Source of the DNA: Lama glama
Lineage: Eukaryota
DNA: 64,000 nt
Direction: 5' to 3'
NCBI GenBank assembly: GCA_028534125.1
Contig: CM052817.1
Coordinates: 10,046,001 to 10,110,000, forward strand
Both the position numbers and the translations under genes were made by a program. Position 1 is the first letter of the stretch; every line of letters starts with the position of its first letter. Below, piece by piece: positions 11,530 through 24,314 of the stretch. The notes below the pieces were generated by a model, which searched no databases, was not told where the DNA came from, and saw only the letters and a list, made by a program, of their open reading frames with translations.

Positions 11530-13696
11530 CTACTAAATGTCAGGAGCTAGAGATTCCAGTTACTCTGACCCAGAACATCCTTATGAAGAGTCTGTTACAC
11601 TTTAATGGAGGAGATTTGAGGGAATTTTATATTTCATGTGCTGAATTTGTCTTCCAGTTACCTTTTCCAATGAAACTTACGAAAAAACTATTTTATGAAA
11701 CACTGTCTTTCCTCTTATTTACCCCTTGCGTATTTCCCTCATTGTGAGACTTTCTAAAAAATGATTCTCTGCAAAATTTTTTGCATCATACTTTGTCTAC
11801 TACCTAAGCTGTAGTCAGATATTTATTTTAAACCCACTAAACTTCCTGCTAATTAAAATACTATTCATTTTTGCCAGAGCAGTGAAGGTGTTAAATTATA
11901 GTCCCCAAAATTATTTATACTAGAGAGTGAAGGAGGAGCCATATTTTGTGGTATTGTGGGAAAAGCATGGGAGGTGGAGGCTGAACAAACCTGGTAACAA
12001 GCCCTAGCTCTTTTACTCCCTTCACTGACTCATTCATTCATTCTCATGCATTCATTCATTCACTTGTACATGCATTCAACAAATGTTGATTGAGTACCTT
12101 CTGCGAGCCAGGCTGAGCAAAGATAAAAGGCAGAGAATAAACCAAAGGACACCCTTGGCCTTCCAGAGCTTACCCCCTCATAAAGGAGACCATGAGACAC
12201 AAAAGCCAGCAAATCAATAAGCATGTTCACTGTATACCCTTCGATAAGTACTTGACCTCTGTGAGCTTCAGTTTCCTCACCTACAAAATACAGATTTTGC
12301 AAAAATTAAATGAGGTGGTATATGCAACCTACCTGGCACACAGGAGGCAATGAATGACAGCTATTATTTCTGCTCTTTCTATTTCTCTGTCAAACGCTCT
12401 CTCACCCCTACCCCCGATTTTTAGTTTCAATTTCATACATTTGGGGTGTAGGGCTGTTGGGTCCACAAGTTAAATGTTCATCCTATAAATATTTACATAA
12501 TATGACTCAAGGATGTGTATGGCTCCAAGCCAGAAAGGCTGAAGGAACTAGACATATTCTGACCTTTGCTCTGCAGAATAAATTGTCCAAGACTTGGAAA
12601 TGGGCAAAGGAGATGACTGGGCATCCTTCCAGTGGAGTGAGGGTCATGATCAAAAGGCCCTTCTGGGAATTACTGGATTCTATAGAGGTGTATGTTTGAT
12701 TGTATTTCTAAGGACTTGGATACATCACAACTCTGTAAGGGTAGAAGTTAAAATTGTGGAACACTGGTAACAATGCAAATGGCTGTTCTCTGGTAAAGAT
12801 CATTTCCTTTCCACCCTGTTGAAACATAATACTTCACTGCCCTATAGGATAGTGACAAATTTTGCAACTATCAGCAGATATTCATTTCAGCATTCCCGAT
12901 TACCTATATAAATGTCTGTTCTTCAAAGTATCCTTTGAACCAGTCATAACATCTTACTGGTTTCCTCATTAATCAATGAGTTGAGTAAAATCTTTCACAT
13001 ATTTTTCCTATACATTTGCATGGGAGTCATGTTTTTTAATTTTTTGAAAAAGCAGATAGCAATTTTAAACATTAATTAATTTTTAATTAAAATGTGAATG
13101 AATCCTGGAAATGTAAAATGCATAGTTACCTCTAAACCTATGCATAGACCCTAATATTATAATAACAGCCCCTCTGTTGGGAGAGAGATGCTGCAAGCCT
13201 CACATCAAAGGTTCCTGTCAACTTTTCTTCCAGCTCTTTCCAACAGCAATCCCATTTAGAGCAACCTTTGACTCATGTCTCCAAGGAACTGCTAGGGACA
13301 AAGGGAAATATTTTAAAAGCTAGCTTACAGTAGATGCCCTTTGACTGCTGCAGGCACAGAATGATTTGTTGTGTTTTAGTTAACAGGCTCAACGTTTTTA
13401 AAGATCAAGGAAAATGACTGGGAAGCAGGTTCCAATGTTTACAAAATTTGGTTCTCCCCTCCATCCTCATAATTTAGGTAGAATTACCTCGCCCCTGAAA
13501 GACCAGGGAGCAGAGAGGAAGGACTGGCCTGGTGGACTGGCTGGCATGTAAGTACAGGGGCTGTACTTGGAGGCGGGGTTAAGTGCAGGACTGCCTGACC
13601 TCTTTCAATAATCCGGGTAAAATCTGAGAGAGATCCCCAGACAGTTTACATTACGGAGGGCAGGAAAATTACAAATGAAGTCAGAATACTGTTCTA

Positions 13697-13858
13697 GATG
13701 AAGGCTGTTTTTAACGTCAGCCTTCCTGACATTTGGGGCTGGATAACCCTTTGATGTGGGGCTGTCCTGTGCACTGTGGGATGTTCTCGCATCCCTGACC
13801 TACCCACCAGACAGAAGTAGCGCCCCCCTCCCACGTTGTGACAACCAAATACGTCCAA
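13697..13858. mobile_element. MER20 DNA transposon
   Basis: tgacatttggggctggataa...tgtggggctgtcctgtgcactgtgggatgtt...catccctgacct...gttgtgacaaccaaa is MER20-like. Confidence 0.85.
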
Positions 13859-14589
13859 AATTTAGAGTTTGAAATTTTTTTTTTAAGTCAGAGGAGAAAT
13901 GACTGAGTTTGGGCAAAATTTATCAGCTGTATTAAAGAAGGCATCTCCACTATCAGTTTTGTCAAGTACTAAGCATTTGGGTCATGACCTAAAGCATATG
14001 GTGTACCCAAAACACTTAATCCACTCAGGTCACCTCCCTGGCCCCAGGGAGTCAGCCCTCCCTGATCTCACACTGCCATGATGACAGCCTGCTTTGAAAG
14101 AATTGCAAAGTGCATTATTTCAGAAATATAGCTACAACTCCTCCACTGGGACCGTCACCAGCCTCCAGTGCTGGGTGCTGTTCTGAGGATAGCCTCGCAC
14201 TTGGAGAAGCTCGACATTTTACTTATAATTTTGAGTATAGAGGCATTCGGACAAAAAGACTAAAAGGACAGTTAATGAAATCTCCGATGGCCTAATGAGA
14301 AAGTGCCTGGCGTGTGATAACTCTCAGAGGAAAACGGGGGGGGGGGGTGGAGGGGGTTGCGGTGCGGGGAAACTATAAGCTCAAAAAAGACAAATAAAAG
14401 TCATGATGAAATAAAATTCACCTTTCAAGGCAAAACAAGAAACGTTTAAACATTTAAACATCAAATGTTTTCTCTGCCCTTTGGCCGCCTCCCTCTGACG
14501 CACACAGCACATCTGTCTTACGTGCTAACCAGACTCCCCGAAGGCAGAAATACCGGTTCAACCATAAAGATCAGTTTTCCTCCTTTTGA

Positions 14590-15234
14590 CGCTAGTCCTG
14601 TAACTCGTCAGAAGATAACATCGATCTCTCGATCCTGCAGAGAATCACGACGGCCCACCTCCTTGCCTTATACGTGCAGAGATCTTGGATGAACATTCCC
14701 TACGATGCCAAGATATAATTACCCTTAAAGGCAGCAACTGGTGTGGAATAGACTGGTCATGGGACCTGGGGAGATACTGGACTGCATCTAATGGGGGTTC
14801 TTAGCTTAAATACTTACTTAGGACCTTATTCACGTTACAAGCTTTATTACTTGTATTTTGCCTATTTTATAAGATTATTGTTTCTTGCAGTACCGAACGT
14901 GACTGAGCCTCAGTTAAAAGTAATGATAATTAGGTGACTTGAAACGACTGATCAAATATATATCTTATAAGATCAGTGATGGTAAGAGTGTAACTCCAGA
15001 TGTGGGAAGAAGCAACAAGAGGGAACTGTATCCTGGACCCTAACAGACCAGTAAGATGGGGTCTGGAGGCTTCTGCCTGCTATTAACAGGGTCTAGTCCA
15101 GTAATGGCACGTTGAGTGGCCAATCAACAAAATCCTTGCCTAACTCGGGAATGAGCATTCCCAGCACCATGGGACAAATTGGTCATGAGATGCCTCCCAA
15201 ACCTTGGTCAGACTTAAGACCGAAAGGGAGGGAT
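14590..15234 (+). mobile_element. ERV1 internal remnant (decayed env) with polypurine tract
   Basis: Frame from 14772 reads RYWTASNGGS*LKYLLRTLFTLQALLLVFCLFYKIIVSC (env TM-like). PPT GAAAGGGAGGGA at 15222-15233 sits just before the LTR TG. Left boundary approximate. Confidence 0.65.
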
Positions 15235-15887
15235 TGTCAAATAAAGAATGTTGCCCACCAACCGGTCCAGAAGAATCAAGGCATCGGCCACTGTGGCCGC
15301 TGACCTACAATACACCCTGAAGGCTGAAGATCACGATGAGGTGCCTTCAGGTAGTTGGGTATCTTCAGAAGAATTTTTTTATGAACCTGGATTCTTGCAT
15401 CTTCCCATTATTAGAAAAACACTAAAATCATTAACTAAGATGTCTGTCTTCGGAGGCTAGCAGCAACCTTCTCCTGTGATGTGTATTGATGTGTATTTGA
15501 TTGCACGGGACCCCCTCACCAAAATCACATATACACTGGCTGGCCTCCCCCCACTTACCTCTTTGGAGCCATTCGTAGAGCTCTCTGAGAGACCATCTCC
15601 CAGGTCATAATTCTCAGTTTGGCTCTAATAAAATCTTCCATTTATTTCTTAAATTGACTATTGATTAATTTTTGCATTGATTGACTATTGATTACTTGTT
15701 TGTTTTTTTGTTTTTTGGGTACTTTTTTTTGTTTTTGTTTTTGTTTTTTGGGAGGGGAGGTAATTAGGTTTATTTATTTATGTATTTCTTTTAACAGAGG
15801 TACTGGGGATTGAAGCCAGGACCTCGTGCATGCTAAGCACACACTCTCCCACTGAGCTCTACCCGCCCCCTACTTCTTTGGTTGATA
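15235..15887 (+). mobile_element. ERV1 3' LTR, interrupted near its end by a SINE
   Basis: Starts TGTCAAATAAAGAATGTTGCC after the PPT; AATAAA at about 15627; U5-like end resumes after the SINE. Confidence 0.7.
15695..15870 (-). mobile_element. Camelid tRNA-derived SINE (Vic-1-like)
   Basis: Reverse complement GGGGGCGGGTAGAGCTCAGTGGGAGAGTGTGTGCTTAGCATGCACGAGGTCCTGGCTTCAATCCCCAGTACCTC...AAATAAACCTAATTACCTCCCC plus A-rich tail; similar to the copies at 23353 and 24163. Confidence 0.9.
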
Positions 15888-18339
15888 GTAGTTAACAGCA
15901 AGGGAGCCAGAAGACAGAAGACGTGTATCCACAGGGCAGTTCTGTGTGCTTTTGCTGCCATTTGTTGACCATCTACTATCTGTCAAGCTCTGAGCTAATT
16001 GCTTTCCATACGTCCCCTTATTTCAAACCCTCCTAAGGGGGCACTGTTATCCATATTTTCCAGAGAAGGAAACTGAGGCTCACAGACCCAGGCTGTACTT
16101 TATTAGTCCACAGTAAGAACAATAGTTACCATTTATCAAGGTAACCGTTACTCTCAGTATTTCACTTAATGTTTAAGGTGACCCTCCCAGAGGCTCCCCC
16201 CAACAGTGCTCTTGGGGTTCTCTGCCCTCCTCTGCTTTCTCCACTCTCCCCTGCAGGCTGGCCATCTCTGCCTCTTCATTCTCCTTTGTCCACCATGGGA
16301 CCCTGAGGAATTCAGACACTAGGGGAGCATCTCTTCCTTCTTGGTGTTTCCCTCTGTTAAAGCGATTCCACCATTAACATGGCTTAATTTGCTCCAAACA
16401 GACTGGCTAAGGTTTCAGAACTTCTCATCCCCAATCTCATCACGTGCTCTTAACATTGCTGCTGGGTTTCCCAGTCTCACCCTGGGAGGTCCTTCCCCCC
16501 TTCTCCAGTCTGGAAGCCCCCCAGGAACCTTGTGCGTGGGCCATTTCTCCCCTCCTGCTCCCAGTGAGGCTGGGCTGGCTGGGAACTACCTACCTCACCA
16601 GCACTGCTATCTCCTGGGTCAGATGAGGGCATCCCACACCCTTCAATATATTTCGAGACTTGAGGAAACACCTTTCTCCCTGATGTTACCCTCTGTCAAA
16701 GGGACACCAAACCAGTACTGCCCAGCCTTCTCCCGCGGACAATTTGGTGAAATGCTCATTTTGTTTTTACCTCCACTGCCTCTGTCTGGGGAGCACAGGT
16801 GCACAGCCATGGGAAATGGGGCAGGACCGGATGTCTAAGTGAAAACACCACACGCATCACAGAACTGTCACTCCAACCCTGTTCAGGGCTTTGCTGTTTG
16901 GCCCAGGATCTCTCAGGGGGCTCCCATCCCACAGACACAGCCTTCCAGGGATGAGCTCACCACTCCCCAGCCATGCTGCACTGGTTCCAATCCCACCCTG
17001 CAAACCGATTAAGCTCAAGGTGCCCCCACTCTCAACAGCCTCCTGAGATGAAGGAACAGGGACTCCAAGAGGTTGTGTGTGCCACCTTTTACACCAGAGG
17101 GGTTCAAAGCACACGTTCTGGAGGGAGAGTGCCTGTCACTTACTATCCGTGTCCCCTGGGGGTGTTATTTAACTGCTCTGTGCTTCAGTTCCCTCCTCTG
17201 AAAAGTGTGGCTGACAGATGCTAGCATCTAATATGGCATGAGACCGTGAGGGTTCAGTGAGTTAACCCACCCGAAGAGCTCAGCACAGGATCTGATGCGT
17301 ATTACTATTCAGCAAGGATTGATTGAGCGTCTGCCCCATGCTGGCTGGTCTTTCCCAAAGTCACAATGTCAGTCGGTGGGAAATGAGGGATTAAATCTCA
17401 GGTCTCTTACTCAAAACCACTGCTTTGCCCAGGACCCATGTGTCTCCATCCTTGCACCCTCCCTCCTCTGGGGGTCAACACTGAGCTGGAGCACTGTGAA
17501 TGCTCCAGTTTCCTGGATGCAGTTTAAAGAGCCCCTCGGCCTCTGATCTCAGAGTCAGCTAAAAATCGTGGCGACTGATGGGGCCCAACAGTCGCCCTCC
17601 CCAAAGGGTCCCTGCTGCGGGACCATCCGTGTTAACAAAGGGAACTTGGGGAACTCCCCCTCTCACCCCTCCAGGAGACTAGCTAGAGGATCACTGGGAG
17701 CTGGGTACCAAGGGTTCCAGATCCTCACTTCAGGGATCTAGCCTTCTATCCCATGATAAGGGACAATAGAATACTGGGAAAAAACCCAGACCAGGCCCCT
17801 TCATCTTGGAATGGGAGGCAGCGTGAGGGATGGAAATATATGGGCGTTCGGCTCTAAGACCTCAGACAAGCGGTTTGCTCTCTCTGAACCTCAGTTTCTG
17901 CCTTCCCAAACAAACGGCACAGCCAGAACATGTATGTTACAAAGCTAATCCTTGATAAAAGCCCAATTACTCTTTCATTACCAGAAGGCTCTTCTTAAAG
18001 GGCTTCCGTTCTGATGTGGTTTTCTAACTGTGATGCAGGGAGCCCCAGAGTTTGTGCAGGACGTGGTCTCGGCTCCCCGGCCCCATTTCAAGGGGAGCAG
18101 GTGCTCAAATGTCAGTTACGTATGTTAGGTTACGTTACTAAGTAAGATGTGCATTTAAGGAAAAAAGGATCTATTCTCCATCCCAACTCAACATTTAAAA
18201 TTAGCCTAGGGACAGCCCTGACCTTGACTAGTCATCTAACGACACACAAATAATAAGAGTGGCCAGAACTGCTCCTTGTCTGCTGATGTCCACTCTCCCC
18301 CCTTTACCTTTCATACACTGAAATCCTGAATAAGCAGTG

Positions 18340-19225
18340 TCACGGCCTCCTCCAGTAAAGACAATGTTTCCCAGCCTTCCTCGAAGCTAGGTGTGCCCAT
18401 ATCACTGAATTCTGGTCAAGCTGAATTAAGCAGGATTGGTGTACGTAGTTCTCAGAAATGTCCTTAGAGGGTGTGTTTGTTAGTCAGGGTTCCCCAGAGA
18501 AACAGAACCAGTAGGAGATCTAGATGCAGATCTATTACTAGGAATTGACTCACGTGATTATGGCGGCTGAGGGGTTCCTCGATCTGCCTTCAGCAAGATG
18601 GAACCCCAGGGAAGTTGATGGTATAATTTTGTCTGAGTCTGAAGGCCTGAGAACCGGGCAAGCTGATAATGTGAATCCCAGTCCACAGGCAAGAGAAGAT
18701 GAAGTGAAATGTCCCAGCTCAAGCAGGAAAAAAACAGGGAGAATTTCTTCTTCCTCCCCTTTTGTTCTAGTCAAACCCTCAGTAGATTGGAAAATGCCCA
18801 ACCACAATGGGGCGGACAATCAACTTTACTAAATCCACTGATTCAAATGCTAATCTTATCAGTAAAATTCTAACAAACACACCCAGAAACAATATTTAAA
18901 CTGGGAACCTGGGGCCAGTCAAGGCAACATGTAAAATGAGCCATCACAGAGGGAGAATGTGCTTCCTTCTTCTCTTTCTCCCACCTGCTAGTCAGAATTT
19001 GGGTTGATGGCTGGAGCTCCAGCAGCCATCTAGGGCCATGAGTTGACCTTGAAAATAGAAGCCACGCAGAGCAAAGCAACATGAAAGGAACAGTGAAGCA
19101 TCACTCCAGCCCTTCACTGCCTTCCTTCCACCACTATGATCAAGTGACAAATACATCTCTATGAGGTTTAAGTGACAGGTATTTTTGTTTTTCTGTTACA
19201 TGTAACCAAACTTCCTCATAACTAA
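18340..19225 (+). mobile_element. MLT1 (MaLR) LTR with a nested MLT2 (ERVL) LTR at about 18474-18948
   Basis: MLT2 hallmarks ttagtcagggttccccagagaaacagaacca..ggaga...gccatcaca. Flanks tttcccagccttcc..gctaggtgtg and gatggctggagctccagcagccatct are MLT1-like. Confidence 0.8.
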
Positions 19226-21159
19226 CAAAATGCCAATGTATCATGCTCAGTGGAAGATGGTGGGTTCTATGGCTTCTTTATTTGCTGTTCTTTTCTGCCT
19301 TTATTAGTACTCATGTTCTCCCTCCAACCGCAGACTCTTGATTCAGGAAATGTCTGAATCAATGCCTATAGTTGCTGCATCCTTGATAGACAGGACAAGA
19401 GGTTGGGAGGAGAGAGGACAAATTCCAAATTTAGGGCAGAACAGACCACTTCCTCCCTGTCATTCATCTGTTCCTTTTCATTTACCATCTCTGACTGACT
19501 CTGTGCAGGTATCATGCACTCTCTCATCTAATCCTCACCCACAACGTGATGAGGGAAGCATCACCCCCATTTCCCAGAGGTGGAAACTGAGGTTTTGGGA
19601 GGTAAGGAAACAGCAGAGTGAGAATGTCTGCCTCCCTTGATTCTGCACTGATTATTTTTTAAATCATCAAATATATTTTCATTTGACTAGTGGGAACTTG
19701 GCTTAGGTATTTCATAGATTTACTGCAACAAGGCAGAGAGTGAAATATGAAAAGTGTCCAGTTTCCAGGTGATTAGGGGCTGGGATTGGTCAACCAGTTA
19801 ACCATTGTTTATTGAGCACCTACTGCGTGCCATGCCACTGATTTTGTCTCAGAGCATCACTGATGTGATGTTTCCGGAGCACCTTCTCTCTGAAGCACGA
19901 GCATCACTGGTTCTGTGCAGAACCCACATTGCCCTGGCACACTCCTGTGGTTCAGAAGGAAAGAGGCCAGCCAGGGGCACAGAGAGCTGGGTCTCCTTCC
20001 ACCTCTAACACCTGCTAGCTGTGTGCCTTCACATAGGTTGGCTAACCTCTCTTGTCTTCTATCTCTCCTTTCAGGGCATTTGAGAGTTTTCGCCACCTTT
20101 GCTCCTTTTGAGTGTTGCCTAATCCAGACTTGGTCAAAGCTTGTCAGGCGGGGCTATTTAGAGTTGTCCAGGAAATTACACTCTCAGTGAATTCAGGAAC
20201 ATTCCATTAGGACACCAAAATAATTCACATAAATAAATGTCAGGCTTCACTTGCAGTTGCCTTTTATAAAAGAGAAAGCATTTGAGAAGGAACTGTTGTT
20301 ATAGTCACTAGAATCCTGTTCTTATCTCCTCCTTAATCTTTTTCTTTCAGGACACTCCTCTGGGAAGGAGTCCCATCGGTGTGCCTTTCCAAAATATATT
20401 TGATAAGAATAACCCAGGGCTCTTGATGAAACTAGCAAACAAACAGATCCAGGGTCCCAGGATGATCATGGAGTTATGACTCTGCAGGTCAGAATGAGGC
20501 CGGGAATAAATATTCTTAGGAAACACCCAGGTCCTGGACTAAACCAAGACTTAAGTTCAAGTCCTGAGGCTACAGGGAAGCTGGGATCAGAAGTCCGAAT
20601 CCTGATCTTCCTGTTCATTAGCTGTGTGATCTTGGGCAGGTCTTCTCAACTCACAAGGTATTCACGAGCAAGGGGCCACATTACATGTCAGATCACGCTC
20701 CCGGCTGAAGTGCTGATGGGTGGAAAGTGAGAACCCAGACTGTCCCTGGGTGTTCCAGAGCCCAGAGGGGAGACTGCCAAAGAGAAGGACCCCCAAAGGT
20801 GAGGAATGCCTCCGAAGCAGAGGAGGACCCCATAGAGGTACCCAGGAACCTGGCCTGGTCTGCGGGGGAAGGAGTGGCTTCCTTGAGAAAGGGTTAAGGA
20901 TGCGAAGGATGACTAGGACTTAGCCAGGTGAACAGGTGGGACAAGAGCACTGCAGGTGTCAGGACAAACGCACAGAGGCCTCTTGAGGAGTTCAGGAGAT
21001 GACGGGGTAGCCAGGGAACAGGGGCAGGAGGTGAGGCAGAACATGCAAGGTCTCGTCCATACATGTGCCCTGTTCTAAGGGCAAAGGAAAGTCACTTAAA
21101 GATTCAGGACGGTCATGGCACGTTCCTCAACCTCTGAATCTTCATCTGTAGACCAGGAG

Positions 21160-21640
21160 ACTTGACATGTCCCCTGCTTTCTCTCTTTCCCACTTGCAGT
21201 ATAATTCCCCACCCAGAGGAGCGATGCTTTCAAAGTGGAAGCCAGAGCTTGTCCCTCATCTGCTTAAAAGTCGCCGATGGCCCCCATCTCAACCTCCACT
21301 CAGAACAACGTCCAAAGTGTCCGGCGTGGCCTGTAATCCCCGTGGCCCCCAGACACCGGGGCCCACTTCCCCTCCGGCTGCGCCCTGAGCACGTCCTCTG
21401 CGAGGGGGACCTCAGCCCCAGACGCCACACAGCCTCTCCGGACTGCTCCCCTTGCTGCCCCTGGAGGCAGCTAAGTTTTGGGGGCACATTCTCATCTGTC
21501 ATCTCACACACGTATTTGTCCAGTTCTCTCTTGCCGGCTCCCCCAGGAGAAGGCAGCCCCTGGGGAGCAGGACCTGGTGTCTGCTTGCTGGGTCCCGTGC
21601 AGAGCGCCAGCCCATGATATGTGTTGGTTAAATGGCTGAA
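21160..21640 (+). mobile_element. L2 LINE fragment
   Basis: L2a-like 3' motifs (ctccac.cagaa.aa.tccaaagt; gaaggcag...ggtgtctgcttgct; tgttggttaaatg). Confidence 0.55.
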
Positions 21641-23073
21641 CAATTCTTATCGTGCAGGTTTGAGAAGCTTGAGTAATAGACTGATTGTATACATAGTGTT
21701 GGGTTCAGTATGTACTTGGCAAATACTTCCTTGTTTCTTTCTACCCTGGTCCCCCATCTTCCAGACTCTCAGTTCAAAGTCCTTCCTGGAACACCTTTCA
21801 CCCCGGGCCCCCATTTGCCCCACTAGGCCCTCTGCCCTGCCTGCCGACCCCTGGCTCTGTCCCTGACTGTCCCGCTGCTGGCTTGGCGGCGTCCCTAGAG
21901 GAAGTGGGGTGTGTCACGATTGCCACACAGCCTGGCTGAGGCAGTTCGGACGTTAGCAACTCGAGTCATTGTCCTGCTGCCCCTGGACCCTGTGTGGTCA
22001 GGGCCTGGGTGTGGCTGTCACTTCAGCCAGCATCGAATGCATGCCAAAACATGTAGAACCGGGACCATTTTGCAGGGACAGAAAAACAAAACCCTTCCTT
22101 GAGCCTTGATTGATGGCTTCTTTTCTTCTGCTCTTGACACAGATGGACAGTTTTCACCTGAGTGTTTCCAGCAGTGACCTGGCTCAGGTGCAGAAAGCCT
22201 GCTGGCCGCCCCCAACCCCTTCCTACAATCTGCCTGCAAGATTCACGGAGGCAGCAAGCTGTCAGCGGGGAGGCTCAGGCGACGTCCGGAAAGGCTCTCT
22301 CCTCCTCGCCTCTTACTCAGAACTCATGCAGATTTAAACAATAAGGGCCTACGTGAGAGCATCACTGAGAAACAGAGTCTTAGCTGCCAAGGGGTCTGGA
22401 CAATCACCCAGATCAGGGGGTTGAACCCAAGGCTCCGGGTTGGCTGAGGGGTTTAGACTTGGGTGCTGAGCCTGTGTGCCAGGTGGTGTGGGCCCCTGTG
22501 CAGGTTTGTGGGCAGAGGGTGCTTGATTTTTCAGATTCTCAGAACCGACCTGTGTAAACGTCCGGCCTGGAGAAGAGAAAGAACAACCCACCCGCGATCA
22601 CAGAGCGATGGCAGCTCAGTCTCCCGGGGCCCCAAGACCGCCACTCGCCAGGTCACTGGCGCTGTTCAGAGCAAAACGAGGGGCAGATAAATGCGAGCAA
22701 ACACAGAAACAGTACAAACCAAGCTTAGAGAAAACAAAACAAAGCAAAAGGAGCTACACCGACACGTTCACCACAATTGTTTCTGGGACCAGTGGGACAA
22801 AGTCTTTTTCTTTTCTAGTCTTAAAAAATGTTCTGTCTTTTCCAGATTTTCTATTTAAAAAGGCTTTGCTTGGAAGCATTATCATTAAAAGAAGAAAACT
22901 TTCTTTGAAGGGACAAAAATCACTATAATTGAATTAAAATATCTCCATCCAATCCCTCTTTTTATATTTTTTTAGATTTAAAAGCTTTTTGATTGTTTCG
23001 AGTTTGTAAGTGATACATGTGGTAACCAACTTGTCTAGAAAAAAGGATGAAAGTTTAATAATGCATTAGTTTT

Positions 23074-23293
23074 GGAGGGGAGGGATTAATTAGGAGTTTG
23101 GGATTAACCTATATAAAATAGACAGCGAACAAGGGCCTGCTGTACAGCACAGGGAACTGTATTCAATATCTTGTAATAACCTATAATGAAAAAGAATCTG
23201 AAAAATAATATATTTATATATATGTATAACTGAATCACTTTGCTGTACACCTGAAACATTATAAATCAGATTTACTTCAATTTAAAAAAAAAG
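23074..23293 (+). mobile_element. Short 5'-truncated L1 3' end
   Basis: aacaagggcctgctgtacagcacagggaact...ataactgaatcactttgctgtacacctgaaac...poly(A). Perfect 14-bp TSD AATGCATTAGTTTT at 23060-23073 and 23294-23307. Confidence 0.92.
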
Positions 23294-23352
23294 AATGCAT
23301 TAGTTTTTACTCTGGAAGTATTTAGTTTAAGGAGGTCACAGAAATACTTTAA

Positions 23353-23482
23353 GTGGGTGGACATAGCTCAGGGGTAGAGCACACGCTTAGCATGCAAGAG
23401 GCCCTGGGTTCAATTCCCAGTACTTCCGTTTAAAAAAAAATACATAAATAAACCTAATTACCTCCTCCCCTCCCCCTCAAAA
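23353..23482 (+). mobile_element. Camelid tRNA-derived SINE (Vic-1-like)
   Basis: A box (tagctcaggggtagag), B box (gggttcaattccc), aaataaacctaattacctcc; TSD agaaata(c/t)tttaa. Confidence 0.9.
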
Positions 23483-24162
23483 AGAAATATTTTAAAGGGT
23501 TAATTTTTCTGTTCTAAGTTCTGTAAACATCAGAGCACATTATTTGGAAAGATGCTTTTTTATGGATGGTTTTTAAAAATTTTTCATATAAACTGTTTGT
23601 GAAGTTTAATTTCTTCAGGAACTGAACTAAATTCTGTTAGCTAAGTTTGCCCTGAGACACTACTTCCGGGAAACCCTCATATTTTTCTACTCTTAGCTTC
23701 AGAGGACGTTTTAAAAATAAAATTTTAAATTGTAACTTCAGCTGATGAGTCCAGTGTGAGAGCTGATGAACTTGGTAATTATAAGATTTCCTAGAATAAA
23801 TTTAAGTGACACATAAATACTTGCAATCAGCTGTTCTTGTTGCTGTAAACATCTCTCTTGCCTCTTCAAGCCTGGGTAAAGCTACGCTAGTTGTTTCCAC
23901 TTGCAGAAAAATGTGAATTAAGCATCACTAATTTATGAGACTTCATTGTAGCCAATTGTTTTGATTCATCTGGGGCAGATGTCTAGCCTCTAAACTGTCC
24001 TCTGAAAGTTATCCTTATTCTAGTGAAGGGACACCTTTTTTTTTTTGGTCACCCTTTGCTAATATTAGAATCAAGCTTCCAAGTCCATGCCTGTTTATAT
24101 CTAGTTATGTCATCTTCTAGAATTTCATTCTGAATTTATAGGGATAAAAATAATCTGACTAA

Positions 24163-24314
24163 GGAGGGAGGGTGTCGCTCAAGTGGTAGAGTGCATGTTT
24201 AGCATGCACAAGGTCCTAGGTTCAATCCCCAGTACCTCCTCTAAAAATAAATATATAGACCTGATTACCTCCCCCCAACCAAAAAAAATAAAATAAAATA
24301 TTAAAAAAATTAAT
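24163..24314 (+). mobile_element. Camelid tRNA-derived SINE (Vic-1-like)
   Basis: gctcaagtggtagagtgcatg.ttagcatgcacaaggtcctaggttcaatccccagtacctcc. Perfect 13-bp TSD AAATAATCTGACT at 24148-24160 and 24315-24327. Confidence 0.93.

Noticed and set aside
15750..24245. tRNA-like A/B box sequences as tRNA genes
   Set aside because: They carry SINE bodies, A-rich tails and TSDs, and lack a full cloverleaf.
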